Below, piece after piece: positions 61,771 to 64,000 of a DNA stretch of 64,000 nt. Location: NCBI GenBank assembly GCA_963824495.1, contig CAWGPQ010000011.1, forward strand, positions 32,001-96,000, written 5' to 3'. The translations under genes and the position numbers were made by a program. The DNA comes from an uncultured bacterium. Its GTDB lineage: Bacteria > Babelota > Babeliae > Babelales > Babelaceae. Under the pieces are notes generated by a model. That model made no database searches and had not been told where the DNA came from. It was given only the letters and a program-made list of their open reading frames with translations. Within the stretch, counting starts at the first letter, position 1, and every line of letters begins with the position of its first letter.

Positions 61771-62939
61771 TCATGCTGACCCTGATGGAGGTATATGGCC
61801 GGCGGCCTGAGCAAACTGGGCAATTATGTCAACTATCTCAGGGGGAAGGGTAGCGCCCGTAGGCTGCCATGCAAACTCTCCGACTCGACCTGCTCGTGAC
61901 ACTCTACCAAACACAGCACGACCTGCTTCTCTTGCTAATAAGTCAACAATAGCAGAACGATGGTATTGCCGGGCGAGAGCTAGAGGAGTCTGACCTTGTC
62001 GGTTAACAATAGTAGCATTAGCACCACGTGCAAGTAAGAGTCTAACGGTACTCAAGTTGCCATTACGAGCTGCTAAGTGTAACGGTGTATTACCCTCTGC
62101 ATTTTGTGGGTTAATATTTGCACCAAAATCAAGTAATAGTTTTACGATATCGTTATATCCTTGAGCAGCAGCCCAATGTAACGCTGTCATACCATGACTA
62201 TCTGGATGGTTAATGTTAATTTGAGGGGGTATCATTGGGGGCAGTATGGCACAAGAAGCAAGCAGTTTACGCAATTGAGCAATCAATGGCTCTGCTTGAG
62301 TTGGAGTGGAAAGTAATACTACCACGCGCTTGGCATCGCCCCGGGCTGCTGCATAAGCAAGCTCATTGCCTTCAAATACAGCACTTAAAGCTTGCCTGGT
62401 CCGCTGTAGAGCCGCAGGAAAGTCAGGAACCCCTTGAGCAAATCTTTGAAGATCTCCTTCAGTGGGTATTCTTGCCCCATGCTCCATAAGCAACATCACT
62501 ATATCTTCATGTCCACGTCTAGCTGCCCAAATAAGAGCAGTATCGCCATGTATATTAGCACGATTAACATCGGCTACACGCCCTATAAGCAGTCTAACTG
62601 CCTTTGTATTGTCAATTTGAGCTGCTAATATAAGAGCAGTATTGCCATAATTATTAGCACAATTAACATCAGCACCATGCTCTAGAAGCAATCTAACTAT
62701 ATCTATATGCCTACCCCAAGCCATCCGGCTGAGAGCAGTATTGCCATTGCTGCCAGCATAATTAATATCAGCGCCAGCTTTAAGGGCAGCTTCAACTTCT
62801 TCAGCATTTCCATCATAGGCTGCATTTATCAATTCTTCGTTGGCAGGTTTGCTGGTCCTTGTACGTGCATACACTCTAAGAGCAGAACATTAGATAACGA
62901 CAAGCCAATCATGAGTAATTTTATAGCAACTTTAATCAC
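61771..62939 (-). pseudogene. Ankyrin cassette copy I (4 variable repeats) with a 1-nt frameshift just after the signal peptide
   Basis: GTG start at 62939 encodes the family signal; GCAAACCTGCC instead of GCAAACCCTGCC at ~62846 shifts the frame; the rest is intact. May be a sequencing error. Confidence 0.85.
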
Positions 62940-63129
62940 AGTATAATTCTTTGCATTAGGTTTTTATATTTCTATTTTTGATTATATCAAAAGTCAAGTA
63001 AGATAATTAATACTTTTGATTGATGGTTTGGGCGCAACTGCTCTCCACAATCATATTAAATTATATTTCTCTATTGGTATAAAATTGGAGATCAGGAGAA
63101 ACGACGCTCGCCCTAAGGTCAATTCATAA

Positions 63130-63495
63130 TCATATGCATTCACTCGTGCCCGTAGGATATTTTACCGTAATACCCTCTTTAGGGTCGCTGTTAATGAGAA
63201 GCGTTTGATCACCGGATCGGCTACACAGTGGTTTAGTATAATCTCTATTGTTTGTGATGTCTTTTACTTTTAAACCTGCTATAGCCCATTTATCACCCAG
63301 AGAAAAATGGATAGAATCCTGAGGATTAATCGTTCCAATAACTGCCGGGTTATTGTAATCAGTATAAAAAAATTTGTCTAAACCTACTTGGACCTTTAGC
63401 TGATTATCGGTTTGATTTTTTATCAGGTAATTGTAGCCAAAGGCAGGTAGTGGCAAAAAAGAAGCTACGGTTATAATGGTCAGCATATATTTCAT
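63130..63495 (-). CDS. Small secreted hypothetical protein
   Basis: GAGGAG RBS, signal peptide, Y.IKNQTD N-terminus. Confidence 0.7.
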   Translation of the reverse strand: MKYMLTIITVASFLPLPAFGYNYLIKNQTDNQLKVQVGLDKFFYTDYNNPAVIGTINPQDSIHFSLGDKWAIAGLKVKDITNNRDYTKPLCSRSGDQTLLINSDPKEGITVKYPTGTSECI

Positions 63496-63723
63496 GCTAT
63501 AGTCTCCTCGTGCTAAGTTTTAAGCTTAGCATTCTAGTCAGTAGCCTGGTTAATAGTCTATATCTTTATTAAGATACTATAATTTAATTCCTAAAGTAAA
63601 CATATTGCTAAATTTTTCTAATATTTAATAACAGTCTGTTAAGAAAATTATTGAAAAACTTTGCTAGTAGATGTTATTATTAGTTATTATAAATTCTTAA
63701 TTATTATTTAATAATGAGTGTTG

Positions 63724-64000
63724 ATGGAAGTAAATAGCTTTATTATCTTTGTACCCTTATTTTCCATAAACAGTTTGATATTTATCAAGACTGATATGGG
63801 TGATATTGAAAGCAAACTACGTCATGCTGGTCAGGAAATTGAACAGACAGCTACTCAAGCTGGACATTTTATTGGTAGATTATTCAGCTGTCCTGAAGGT
63901 CGGATCTATTGTTTCAAGAATGGTTACCCTCAAGATGAATCAATGCTTAAAAAAATGGGCACAAGTGCTGTGTGCAATCCTCATAAAACCATTTGTGCTC
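63724..64000 (+). CDS. Partial ORF running off the window; Cys-containing, probably secreted
   Basis: ATG at 63724, open to the end: MEVNSFIIFVPLFSINSLIFIKTDMGDIESKLRHAGQEIE... Confidence 0.45.
   Translation, partial: MEVNSFIIFVPLFSINSLIFIKTDMGDIESKLRHAGQEIEQTATQAGHFIGRLFSCPEGRIYCFKNGYPQDESMLKKMGTSAVCNPHKTICA

Noticed and set aside
37770..62939. Diversity-generating retroelement driving the ankyrin variation
   Set aside because: No reverse transcriptase or template repeat seen; variation is block-wise with repeat-number changes rather than evidently adenine-specific.
2652..62946. Numerous 60-160 aa antisense or nested ORFs in the ORF track
   Set aside because: They are shadows of longer, well-supported genes, with no RBS or recognisable motifs.
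1..64000. tRNA, rRNA, IS elements, prophage genes
   Set aside because: No cloverleaf or rRNA-like sequence, transposase, terminal inverted repeat pair or phage hallmark gene was recognised by eye.

Overview
AT-rich bacterial chromosome segment. Inferred from gene content, it most resembles an intracellular protist-associated bacterium such as Dependentiae/TM6 (many Sec-signal 'eukaryote-like' proteins). 0.5-5.3 kb: three paralogous secreted proteins, two with a degenerate J-domain (HPT instead of HPD), lying near dnaK. 5-22 kb: housekeeping core (S9 peptidase, dnaK, two flippase-like genes, carD, miaA, SPOR protein, SurA/PpiD-like, recA, infC-rpmI-rplT, zapB-like, zapA, possible 6S RNA, rny, ymdB). 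22-36 kb: accessory secreted and hypothetical genes, an ABC-F ATPase, an EamA transporter, a Sel1 protein and an SDR. 36.8-63 kb: the most striking element, nine copies of one secreted ankyrin cassette family in three arrays of alternating orientation. Each copy has a near-constant signal peptide, a block of 3-8 DARPin-like repeats that vary at binding-face positions, a constant second ankyrin block and a C-terminal F-box-like tail. Copies are joined by a conserved ~172-bp promoter-bearing spacer and are mosaics of shared modules. A signal peptide-Hint-toxin gene with an immunity gene sits between arrays 2 and 3. No tRNA, rRNA, CRISPR array, integrase or transposase was recognised. All family assignments are by eye, without database searches.
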